Shown one piece after another: positions 1 through 6,960 of a stretch of DNA of 25,695 bases. The stretch lies in IMG/VR virus record IMGVR_UViG_3300025421_000001; one strand, 5' to 3'. The DNA comes from an uncultured virus (IMG/VR IMGVR_UViG_3300025421_000001) (Duplodnaviria; Heunggongvirae; Uroviricota; Caudoviricetes). The notes beneath the pieces were generated by a model. That model was not told the origin of the DNA. It ran no database searches and saw only the letters and a list, made by a program, of their open reading frames with translations. Position numbers and translations under genes: made by a program. Numbering within the stretch: the stretch's first letter is position 1; every line of letters begins with the position of its first letter.

Positions 1-16
1 AAAGGCGGTCGTTAAT

Positions 17-1225
17 TTATTTTAAATTTGCAATTCCATCTATAATCCATTGAACTACAGGAACCGCAACAGCATTACCCATTTGTTTGTAACGTTGACT
101 GTCAGATTGACTTGCTGTCCATTGATCCGGAAAACCTTGTAAACGCTCCGCCTCGACCGGCGTAAGCCTGCGAACGGTGTTATCAATTCTAATGCCATAT
201 TGAATGCCAGAACTTTCGCTTGACTGAGTGGCAGTAACGGTTGGATAGTGTTCTTTTTCCCAACCACCGTATGTAGATCCGTTTGTTGCAGTAAAACTCA
301 TTACTTCAGCAACCATTGGCATATTATTTCCACCAGTACCCATACGAGCTGCAAGTGTGTTAATGGTGTTGCCCTGAATGCGAATATCTGGACCATGATT
401 TGCGTAGAAAATAATGCTTTCGTCTGAAGGCGGTTCTACAACAACTGTTACAGATCTAGAGTCGCCTTGATCAAACTGATTAAGTGTTGGATTTGTTTCT
501 TCCGCACGCCAAACTTCTGGAGGCAAGTTTCCTTCAGCGTCCCTTGCGCCAGAACGAATTACTTTTACAAAAGTTTCTCGCTCCGAAGAATCTGTGCTCG
601 TAATGCTCGATCCAATTTCTCTGGCAATTTCTTCTCTCGACGTTCCGCTCTGCGAAGAATTCCCTCGCACGCTCGAGCGCTCAAATAATACTTTGGCGCA
701 ACTGGCGGCGTCTCCAAAACGTTTCGCAACGATGAAGACTCTCCGCCTCCGCTGGGGTACTCCAAACTCTTTTGCATCCAACACGCGCCAGGCACAGCCA
801 TACCCGAGTTCGGCCAACGTTCCGATAACTGCTCCCATGTCTGCTCCTCGTTGACTGGTAAGTAAACCAGGGACGTTTTCGAGGATGACCCACTCTGTTT
901 GCGTTTCTTCGATGATTCTTGCAAACTGGTAGAAGAGGCTACTTCTTTTTCCACTAAAGCCAAGACGCCTTCCAGCCACGGATAAATCCTGGCAAGGGAA
1001 TCCTCCAGTGATGATTCCTCCGTCTGAAACAAAGCCTGCTGATCTGAGTTGTTCACCTGTTACCTCCGTAACGTCGTTAAATAATGTTGTTTTAGGAAAA
1101 TGTTTTTCAAGAACTGCTCGAGCGTTTTTGTCAATTTCTACTGAAGCAATAACTTTAAAACCACTTCGTTCGAGTGCTAGATCAAAACCACCGACTCCCG
1201 CAAAAAGAGAAACGGCTGTATTCAT
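17..1225 (-). CDS. C5 cytosine DNA methyltransferase
   Basis: Motifs I (LFAGVGG), IV (GFPCQ), VI (ENVPG), VIII (PQRRRR), IX (RRLTPVEAERLQGFPD) and X (GNAVAVPV) are all present. The ATG at 1225 overlaps the upstream TGA stop (TGATG), so it is preferred over the TTG at 1228. Confidence 0.96.
   Translation of the reverse strand: MNTAVSLFAGVGGFDLALERSGFKVIASVEIDKNARAVLEKHFPKTTLFNDVTEVTGEQLRSAGFVSDGGIITGGFPCQDLSVAGRRLGFSGKRSSLFYQFARIIEETQTEWVILENVPGLLTSQRGADMGAVIGTLAELGYGCAWRVLDAKEFGVPQRRRRVFIVAKRFGDAASCAKVLFERSSVRGNSSQSGTSREEIAREIGSSITSTDSSERETFVKVIRSGARDAEGNLPPEVWRAEETNPTLNQFDQGDSRSVTVVVEPPSDESIIFYANHGPDIRIQGNTINTLAARMGTGGNNMPMVAEVMSFTATNGSTYGGWEKEHYPTVTATQSSESSGIQYGIRIDNTVRRLTPVEAERLQGFPDQWTASQSDSQRYKQMGNAVAVPVVQWIIDGIANLK
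565..1056 (-). CDS. Nested +1-frame gene inside the methyltransferase; resembles the alternative-frame beta polypeptide of M.EcoHK31I-type enzymes
   Basis: 163-codon ORF with a GTG start 5 nt after a perfect GGAGGT (1062-1067, minus strand). The C-terminus SSSLRNVLET..KYYLSARACEGILRRAERREKKLP resembles, from recall, this overlapping family. Confidence 0.75.
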   Translation of the reverse strand: MNNSDQQALFQTEESSLEDSLARIYPWLEGVLALVEKEVASSTSLQESSKKRKQSGSSSKTSLVYLPVNEEQTWEQLSERWPNSGMAVPGACWMQKSLEYPSGGGESSSLRNVLETPPVAPKYYLSARACEGILRRAERREKKLPEKLDRALRAQILRSEKLL

Positions 1226-1476
1226 CAATCTTCTTCCAATTCTGAATATTGTTCTTCAAAAACAGCTGCTAAATCTTCAGCTCTTTCAACTGCATCATCA
1301 AATTCTGGAATGAGGTCAATGATTGCCCCAGCCCCTTCGTCGGTTTCTACAGCAAGAATAAAACCCTCGGGGCTTCCAAAAATACGAATAAAACTATGAG
1401 TACCATCTTCCATAGGTAGTTCTTTTTCGTAAAGAACCTCGGCTTCAAGCTTCTCACTTAATGATTCTTCTGACAT
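1225..1476 (-). CDS. Small highly acidic hypothetical protein
   Basis: 83 aa with about 26 D/E versus 4 K/R. It has stop/start overlaps with both neighbours (TAATG at 1476, TGATG at 1225). Confidence 0.8.
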   Translation of the reverse strand: MSEESLSEKLEAEVLYEKELPMEDGTHSFIRIFGSPEGFILAVETDEGAGAIIDLIPEFDDAVERAEDLAAVFEEQYSELEED

Positions 1477-3245
1477 TATTTACCTGCCTTTTTTTCTATA
1501 AAGTAATTTCCTAATACTAGCACATCTATGTCGCTTCTAATAAACGAAAGAATAGCATCTTGTGGAGTGTGGACAATTGGCTCATCCGCAAGATTAAAAG
1601 AAGTATTCATAACAACGGGAACGCCAGTTTTTTCATAAAAAGAACTAATAAGTGCGTGATAGAGAGGGTTTGTTTCTTTGTTTACAAATTGTGGCCTAGC
1701 AGATCCGTCAACGTGAACACAAGCAGGAATTATTGATTGAGCCTCTTCTTTTACTTGAAAAGCCCCAACCATAAAATCAGCCAAAGGAGAATCAACAACA
1801 TCAAAAAAATCAGCAACGTGTTCTTTTAAAATGCTTGGTGCTAAAGGACGCCAAATTTCTCTACCTTTAACTTCATTCATTCGATGCCAGTTTTCTACAT
1901 TCCTTGGGTCCATTAAAAGACTTCGTGCCCCAAGGGCTCGAGCACCAATTTCAGCACGGCCATTGTACCAACCAACAATTTTTTGATCTACTAAGCATTG
2001 AGAAATTTTTTCAATTAATTTTTTATCTTCTAAAAACTTAAACCCTAAACCAGATTTGTGCACAACTCTAGAAATTTCTTCTTCTGCTGGATTGTAACCG
2101 TAGTAGGCATGTTCCATTCTTTTGGTTCGTTCGTGTTCATTTCTTTCTACGTATAACGCAGCACCAAGAGATACGCCCGTGTCTTGTGGAACTGGCGGAA
2201 CAAAAAGATTAATTTTTAAATCTTTATTTTCAATTTCATTTTGCAAAGATGTAAATAAACCATTGAATGAGCAATTTTGTCCGCAACCACCTGCAATTAC
2301 TAGATTATTAGATCCAGTTTTTTCTTTAACAACTCTTGCAAGGTGAAACATTACTCTTTCAAATTCTTTTTGCATTGTTGCTGCAAAATCAGCGTAAAAC
2401 ATTTGCTCTAATGGGTTTCCATCAGCACCAATCATTTTTTTTGAATTAAAATTTTCACATTGAATAGCTTTTGTTAAACCAAGAACAGCTGACATAACTG
2501 CATCGTGATGAGGTCTCCATCCATCTTTATATGGAAAAGAAAAACCATCTTTTTCTAAATTGCATATTTTTATTTCATGATCAATTCCATAGGGAGCAAG
2601 GCCCATAAGTTTTCCTGGACTTTGACCGTCAATTTGTGCGTGTTCAGCAGCTTTTTGATAAAAAGCTCCCAAAGAACCAGTAAAACTTTTAATTAATTCA
2701 ATTTCTTTTCCAAAACCATAAAAAAGTGAAACACCCTCTTTGTCACCCCATCCGTCAGCAACAATTATTGCGGATTCACTAAAACCACTTGTGTAATATG
2801 CGCTAGCGGCATGACTTAGGTGATGTGGAATAAAATGAATAGGAGGAGTTTTTATTCTTGGAAATAAACCTGTTGGCAAAAGCTCTTCTTCATATTTTTT
2901 TAAATCAAATCGTTCGTCTAAAGGTGTTACATTTTGACCAAAACTAATTCTTCTTTCTGATCCTAAATGTTTTGCAGTCCAACCAAGTTGTATTTTTAAC
3001 CAACCGATTGCAATAGCATCTATGTCGTTTAGGCTTAAATTTGATTCGCGCAAAACTTGTCCAATAACAAGATGAGTAGGAACAACCCAAAAAATATCTT
3101 CACCTAATGGGGTGTTGTCATTGCGAAATGTTCCAAATTTTTTTCTAGTAATTCGATCAGATTCAGCAAATGCAATAATTTTTCCGTCTTTAACAATGCA
3201 GGCAGAACCCTCGTGCTCTCCTGGATTTATTCCTAATACGTACAT
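1476..3245 (-). CDS. Carbamoyltransferase (NodU/CmcH/TobZ family)
   Basis: N-terminal Kae1-like motifs HHLSHAASAY, DGWGD, GKLMGLAPYG and AGGCGQN; C-terminal YrdC-like motifs EIGARALGARS, VKGREIWRPLAP, HVDGSARPQ and NTSFN. AGGAG RBS upstream. Confidence 0.95.
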   Translation of the reverse strand: MYVLGINPGEHEGSACIVKDGKIIAFAESDRITRKKFGTFRNDNTPLGEDIFWVVPTHLVIGQVLRESNLSLNDIDAIAIGWLKIQLGWTAKHLGSERRISFGQNVTPLDERFDLKKYEEELLPTGLFPRIKTPPIHFIPHHLSHAASAYYTSGFSESAIIVADGWGDKEGVSLFYGFGKEIELIKSFTGSLGAFYQKAAEHAQIDGQSPGKLMGLAPYGIDHEIKICNLEKDGFSFPYKDGWRPHHDAVMSAVLGLTKAIQCENFNSKKMIGADGNPLEQMFYADFAATMQKEFERVMFHLARVVKEKTGSNNLVIAGGCGQNCSFNGLFTSLQNEIENKDLKINLFVPPVPQDTGVSLGAALYVERNEHERTKRMEHAYYGYNPAEEEISRVVHKSGLGFKFLEDKKLIEKISQCLVDQKIVGWYNGRAEIGARALGARSLLMDPRNVENWHRMNEVKGREIWRPLAPSILKEHVADFFDVVDSPLADFMVGAFQVKEEAQSIIPACVHVDGSARPQFVNKETNPLYHALISSFYEKTGVPVVMNTSFNLADEPIVHTPQDAILSFIRSDIDVLVLGNYFIEKKAGK

Positions 3246-3259
3246 AATTTCTCCTGTAG

Positions 3260-3330
3260 TTCCGGGGCTAGGACTCGAACCTAGAACGAGGGATTCAAAG
3301 TCCCTAGTGTTGCCATTACACCACCCCGGA
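3260..3330 (-). tRNA. tRNA-Gln (anticodon TTG), no encoded CCA
   Basis: Cloverleaf: acceptor TCCGGGG/CCCCGGA, anticodon arm AGGGA-CTTTGAA-TCCCT, T arm CTAGG-TTCGAGT-CCTAG. Confidence 0.95.
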
Positions 3331-3336
3331 TTAAAG

Positions 3337-3409
3337 CTGGTCGGGCAGGGTTCGAACCTGCGACAATTCGATTAACAGTCGAATGCTCTGCCAACTGAGC
3401 TACCGACCA
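3337..3409 (-). tRNA. tRNA-Asn (anticodon GTT), no encoded CCA
   Basis: Cloverleaf: acceptor TGGTCGG/CCGACCA, D arm GCTC-AGTTGGCA-GAGC, anticodon arm TTCGA-CTGTTAA-TCGAA, T arm GCAGG-TTCGAAC-CCTGC. Confidence 0.95.
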
Positions 3410-3416
3410 AATTTTT

Positions 3417-3956
3417 TTAATAAAAATTATAAGGATTAGCGTCACGAATAATTTCATCCGAAAAATACATTCCCCCAGTGTATCTTTTACCAGAAGTAAC
3501 TTTAGCAACGGCATGATTTTCCAATGGTCTAAAAATAACTATCGATCCTTGTTCTGGTCTTAAGCTTACATTTAAATCAGGAAACTCAATGTGTCCACCT
3601 TCGTAATCATTTAAATTAGAAAGATAAATAACTATCGTAACCGTAACATTGCCATTTACATAACCAACCCAATCAGGATGAGTTAAAATGCTGTCACCTT
3701 CTTGCATGCAATTAAATTCGCTATCTACAAAATATGCAATGTCGCTGTAACCAAGATTTATAATTCTTTCAGAAAGTTTTTTTATAAAATCATAAGCAGT
3801 TTTTGAAGTTGGATTCAAAACAAGCTTGAATGATTTTCTGCTTTCTTCTGGATTTATTTCACCGGGTATTTTGTCAAGTTCTTTAATAAAATCTTCGCAC
3901 TCTGAAGGTGTAAGTATTCCGGGGACTACTTCGTATTCCTTATCAAAAACTTTCAT
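3417..3956 (-). CDS. 2OG-Fe(II) oxygenase (prolyl-4-hydroxylase-like DSBH fold)
   Basis: HxD (HPD), IVIYL..DYEGGHIEF, PEQGSIVIF, and a distal His plus 2OG-binding Arg (HAVAKVTSGKRY). Confidence 0.9.
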   Translation of the reverse strand: MKVFDKEYEVVPGILTPSECEDFIKELDKIPGEINPEESRKSFKLVLNPTSKTAYDFIKKLSERIINLGYSDIAYFVDSEFNCMQEGDSILTHPDWVGYVNGNVTVTIVIYLSNLNDYEGGHIEFPDLNVSLRPEQGSIVIFRPLENHAVAKVTSGKRYTGGMYFSDEIIRDANPYNFY

Positions 3957-3963
3957 TTCAATC

Positions 3964-4242
3964 TTAGCGAAGGCGCTTCTTTGGTTCAGGATTTTTTTCT
4001 GACTTCTTGGGCGCCCGGGTGGTCTTTACTTGCGCAGGTGCGGATGCAGGTGTTAACGCTGAAATCTGGTTTTCGATCTTGGTAATTTCTTTCAAAACAG
4101 AATTTGCCATAGCTTCGTATCGAACTACTAGTGCATTAATGTTCGCGGCGTCTTTTTCTGCTTTTTTAAGAAAGGCTGCAATTGTGGTTCCACCGGTTCC
4201 TAGAAAACCTACCAAAACGGTGATTACGGTTGATGTTGACAT
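3964..4242 (-). CDS. Small hypothetical protein with N-terminal membrane anchor, coiled coil and basic tail
   Basis: GGAGG RBS just before the ATG at 4242; hydrophobic VITVLVGFLGTGGTTIAAFL segment; K/R-rich C-terminus. Confidence 0.75.
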   Translation of the reverse strand: MSTSTVITVLVGFLGTGGTTIAAFLKKAEKDAANINALVVRYEAMANSVLKEITKIENQISALTPASAPAQVKTTRAPKKSEKNPEPKKRLR

Positions 4243-4274
4243 TTTTCCTCCAAAAAATTTATTTAGGTTTTGAC

Positions 4275-4303
4275 ACGGTACCATTTTATTTTTAGTAAGT
4301 CAA
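4275..4303 (-). promoter_or_regulatory. Leftward sigma70/sigmaA-type promoter
   Basis: The minus strand reads TTGACT-17 nt-TACCGT with TGn before the -10, upstream of the leftward operon. Confidence 0.55.
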
Positions 4304-4385
4304 TTGTTTAACCAAGGGACATTTCGAAGAAATGTTCTGCACTGTTCCTATAATATTAATACTAATAATATATTATATATACCCC

Positions 4386-4480
4386 TGGTCATATATGTCC
4401 AGCTTAGACAAATTTGTCCAAGCTATGATCAGGTAAAATAAAAATATTCCTTGAAACTTTGGCATGGACATATTTGTCCA
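4386..4480. repeat. Three imperfect 16-bp palindromes, consensus TGGACAWATWTGTCCA, beside an AT-rich tract
   Basis: TGGTCATATATGTCCA (4386-4401), TAGACAAATTTGTCCA (4405-4420) and TGGACATATTTGTCCA (4465-4480). The tract at 4349-4381 is almost pure A/T. Confidence 0.85.
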
Positions 4481-4489
4481 CCCTAACCA

Positions 4490-4517
4490 TTGATTTTAAA
4501 AAACCTAGGTGTACAAT
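4490..4517 (+). promoter_or_regulatory. Rightward promoter, probably giving a leaderless mRNA
   Basis: TTGATT-16 nt-TACAAT, with the ATG at 4524 six nt downstream and no SD. Confidence 0.5.
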
Positions 4518-4523
4518 TATGCC

Positions 4524-4736
4524 ATGGCTAGTGGAATAGAAATTGAAAGAGCTCGGGCAATAATGGACCGTGCGGAATTGATCTATGCGCTAGATAACGT
4601 CAATCCCATAATTTCTGATATTTTAGATCAAATAACTATTGACGTACAGTTTCTTTGTGATAGACTCTGGGCGGCCTGGGCCACAGTAGAGGCATATCAA
4701 CAAGAACTGAGGGAATTGTATGACGACATTTATTGA
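4524..4736 (+). CDS. Hypothetical helical protein
   Basis: First ORF of the rightward arm; overlaps the next ORF. Start placed at the ATG at 4524. Confidence 0.7.
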   Translation: MASGIEIERARAIMDRAELIYALDNVNPIISDILDQITIDVQFLCDRLWAAWATVEAYQQELRELYDDIY

Positions 4737-4935
4737 GCAAATTATAGGCATTTACTTGGTAATTGCCCTCACGGTATTTTTTAGAATGTTTTATATTGGC
4801 AAAAGAATTGCCAAACAAGTGGGTGTTCCCATAAAAATGGCTGATCACGTTTTTTCTATGGCCTCAGACTCACTTCGCTGGTTTTACTTCGTTATTTGGT
4901 TTGGCCTAAAGTCATTTTTGGATGATCTGAAGTGA
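4720..4935 (+). CDS. Small membrane protein
   Basis: GAGGG RBS, two hydrophobic segments, and a GTGA overlap with the kinase gene. Confidence 0.7.
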   Translation: MTTFIEQIIGIYLVIALTVFFRMFYIGKRIAKQVGVPIKMADHVFSMASDSLRWFYFVIWFGLKSFLDDLK

Positions 4936-5483
4936 AAATAGTAGGACTTTGCGGTTATGCACAGTCCGGCAAAGACACCCTAACCAAAATGTTGGTTGAA
5001 AAAGAGGGTTTTGAGCGCCGAGCTTTTGCGGATTTAATGAAGGAAATGCTCCTTCGCATAAATCCTTACGTTCGTTATTCCAATGATTATGGAGTTTCTC
5101 AGTACATTACCGTTGAAGAATTGGTAAATGTTCTTGGATGGGAAGAAGCAAAAAAATATTCAAATGTTCGTCAAATGCTTCAACGTCTTGGCACCGAAGC
5201 AGGCCGTGACATTCTTGGGGAAAACGTGTGGGTAAATGCAGTCTTTGAAACTTTTACAGGTGAAAAACTTGCTATCTCTGATGTAAGGTTTCCAAACGAA
5301 GCCGAAGAGATTCGTAATCGTGGCGGGGCAATTGTCCGCATTGTTCGTGAGGGATTTGGCCCAATAAATGGGCACATTTCAGAAACTGCTTTTAAGGGGC
5401 AGGATATTATTATCTATAATCAGGGGACTCCACAGGATATGTTGGATCAGTTCCGTGATTTTGAGAAGGGTTTTTATGAGTAA
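4932..5483 (+). CDS. Deoxynucleoside monophosphate (dNMP) kinase
   Basis: P-loop GYAQSGKDT, AFADLMKE, RQMLQRLGTE, ISDVRFPNE and HISE, typical of phage dNMP kinases. Confidence 0.92.
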   Translation: MKIVGLCGYAQSGKDTLTKMLVEKEGFERRAFADLMKEMLLRINPYVRYSNDYGVSQYITVEELVNVLGWEEAKKYSNVRQMLQRLGTEAGRDILGENVWVNAVFETFTGEKLAISDVRFPNEAEEIRNRGGAIVRIVREGFGPINGHISETAFKGQDIIIYNQGTPQDMLDQFRDFEKGFYE

Positions 5484-5808
5484 GACGAGAGCTAAGGGCA
5501 CTGCATTTGAGTCCGAGGTTGTCAATTTTCTTAAGTCTCAAGGTTTTGAAGAAGCGGAACGGAACATCCTCAACTCACCTTTAGGAGACATTAAGAACGT
5601 TCCAATGGTTCTTGAGTGCAAGAATCAAAAAACTATGACGCTTTCAGAATGGATGCAACAAGCAGAAAGTTCTGGGAAAAAGGCTGGAAAACTTCATGCC
5701 ATTGTTCACAAACGTCGTGGCAAAAATGTATCAAAATCCTATGTAACAATGGAATTAGATCAATTTACAGAATTACTTAAGGCATTTGAATCTAAACCTT
5801 TGACATAA
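5476..5808 (+). CDS. Holliday junction resolvase-like PD-(D/E)XK nuclease
   Basis: KGTAFESEVVNFL, GDI, LECKN, WMQQAE and HKRRGK. The real start is likely the ATG at 5476, overlapping the kinase end. Confidence 0.85.
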   Translation: MSKTRAKGTAFESEVVNFLKSQGFEEAERNILNSPLGDIKNVPMVLECKNQKTMTLSEWMQQAESSGKKAGKLHAIVHKRRGKNVSKSYVTMELDQFTELLKAFESKPLT

Positions 5809-5828
5809 TTACATTCTTGTGATTTACT
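5800..5828 (+). promoter_or_regulatory. Possible promoter
   Basis: Perfect TTGACA at 5800-5805, but only a weak -10 (TGa-TTTACT) at 17-nt spacing. Confidence 0.3.
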
Positions 5829-5881
5829 TATCGGTAAGATGTAGGGCGCTGCATTCTTTTACCTAGGAGCAAAACACAACA

Positions 5882-6448
5882 ATGTCAAAAAAATTAAGCC
5901 GCCGGTCGCAACAACGTTTAAAACGTATGTCAGACAGCATTGATTCCATTAACAAATTGGTTAATAGGCTTAACTTTTCAGACATAGAAGAATTAGTCCG
6001 AAGAGACGAAATTCCTGTTACTGGAGCCAGCTCTGGCGGTGGCGGGAGTTTTGCTGTTGCTAGAAATGGTGGAAAACCAAGCGGATCTTCCGTAGAGCGT
6101 GCCGTCATTGCAAAAATTGAAGGTCGTAAAGTATATGACCCCGTCCGTGAACAAGTAAAAAAGATTGAGCGTCGCATTATTGATGCTGAAGAAAATCTTC
6201 GTCAAATTCACGAAAGTATCAATGCCATGAAAGAAGGCGTTGAAAAGAAACGTACGCGACAAGCGTCAGAACCTTGCGAAATATGCATGGTTTTGCCAGC
6301 GGTAAAGACAGCAATGTGCATTGCTTGTTATGGGGATTGGATTGAGGCCGGTGCGCCAGATCGTTTTCGATGGAAAGCGTATAAACGTGTGCTCACGTCC
6401 GCAGAAGGCATCCCACTTGTTGAAACACAACCACCGCCGAGACGTTAA
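5882..6448 (+). CDS. Hypothetical protein with coiled coil and C-terminal Cys4 zinc finger
   Basis: AGGAG RBS; heptad-like EQVKKIERRIIDAEENLRQIHESI; CEIC...CIAC. Confidence 0.8.
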   Translation: MSKKLSRRSQQRLKRMSDSIDSINKLVNRLNFSDIEELVRRDEIPVTGASSGGGGSFAVARNGGKPSGSSVERAVIAKIEGRKVYDPVREQVKKIERRIIDAEENLRQIHESINAMKEGVEKKRTRQASEPCEICMVLPAVKTAMCIACYGDWIEAGAPDRFRWKAYKRVLTSAEGIPLVETQPPPRR

Positions 6449-6488
6449 AGACCAAACAATTGACTTTTAGAAATGTTGATGTATTCTT

Positions 6489-6665
6489 ATGACATACGAT
6501 CGGGAGAATAGTGCCCCCACAACTGAGGAACTTATTCTCCTCGGATTTGAGCAATGGCAAATCGCTATGATGCGAAAACTGCCTATAGACCTTCAATGGG
6601 TGGCTCACGATGAGTTTATTCGTCGTTTAATGTCCAATGAAGACATAGACAATTTCTATTTTTAA
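6489..6665 (+). CDS. Small hypothetical protein (58 aa, not in the ORF track)
   Basis: MTYDRENSAPTTEELILLGFEQWQIAMMRKLPIDLQWVAHDEFIRRLMSNEDIDNFYF. It fills the gap, and its TAA overlaps the AAGGA RBS of the next gene. Confidence 0.6.
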   Translation: MTYDRENSAPTTEELILLGFEQWQIAMMRKLPIDLQWVAHDEFIRRLMSNEDIDNFYF

Positions 6666-6672
6666 GGAAACT

Positions 6673-6960
6673 ATGTCACACGAAGAAAACGAATTTGACG
6701 ACGAATTTTCGTACATTGCAGCAGAGCTGCATGGTTTGGTTGGGGAAGACGAAATCCAAGCAAGAAAAATTTTAGGAAACGAAAATTACGAAAAGGCTAT
6801 TCAATTTATTGATCGTAGCCAAAAGTTAATGCTTGACAAAGAAGAAAATCAAGTCAAGTATCTTCAAGTTGTATCAGCATTGCACTCATCATTTATTCTT
6901 GGAGTGTTAACGCTTTCAACACTAAGCATTGCTTGGTCATTTTATTTTTGGTTTAAATAA
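6673..6960 (+). CDS. Hypothetical protein with C-terminal transmembrane segment
   Basis: AAGGA RBS, acidic N-terminus, hydrophobic C-terminus, and a TAATG overlap with the terminase. Confidence 0.75.
   Translation: MSHEENEFDDEFSYIAAELHGLVGEDEIQARKILGNENYEKAIQFIDRSQKLMLDKEENQVKYLQVVSALHSSFILGVLTLSTLSIAWSFYFWFK

Noticed and set aside
3112..3514. ORFs 3112..3375 (+) and 3281..3514 (-)
   Set aside because: They overlap two well-formed tRNA genes and neighbouring CDSs, so they are shadow ORFs.
3417..3956. Calling the oxygenase a TET/JBP enzyme
   Set aside because: Motif spacing (YL..DYEGG..F, P..G..VIF, H.V..VT.G.RY) fits P4H-like 2OG oxygenases; activity on DNA remains only a hypothesis.
4386..4480. 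Palindromic repeats as a CRISPR array
   Set aside because: Units are only 16 bp, spacing is irregular (3 and 44 nt), and there are no cas genes.
5368..5475. N-terminal extension of the resolvase ORF
   Set aside because: It overlaps the kinase; family motifs begin at the ATG at 5476.
6460..6487. TTGACT-16-TATTCT as the promoter for the 58-aa ORF
   Set aside because: The -10 ends only 1 nt before the ATG at 6489, too close to transcribe that start. It is left as an unconfirmed promoter-like element.
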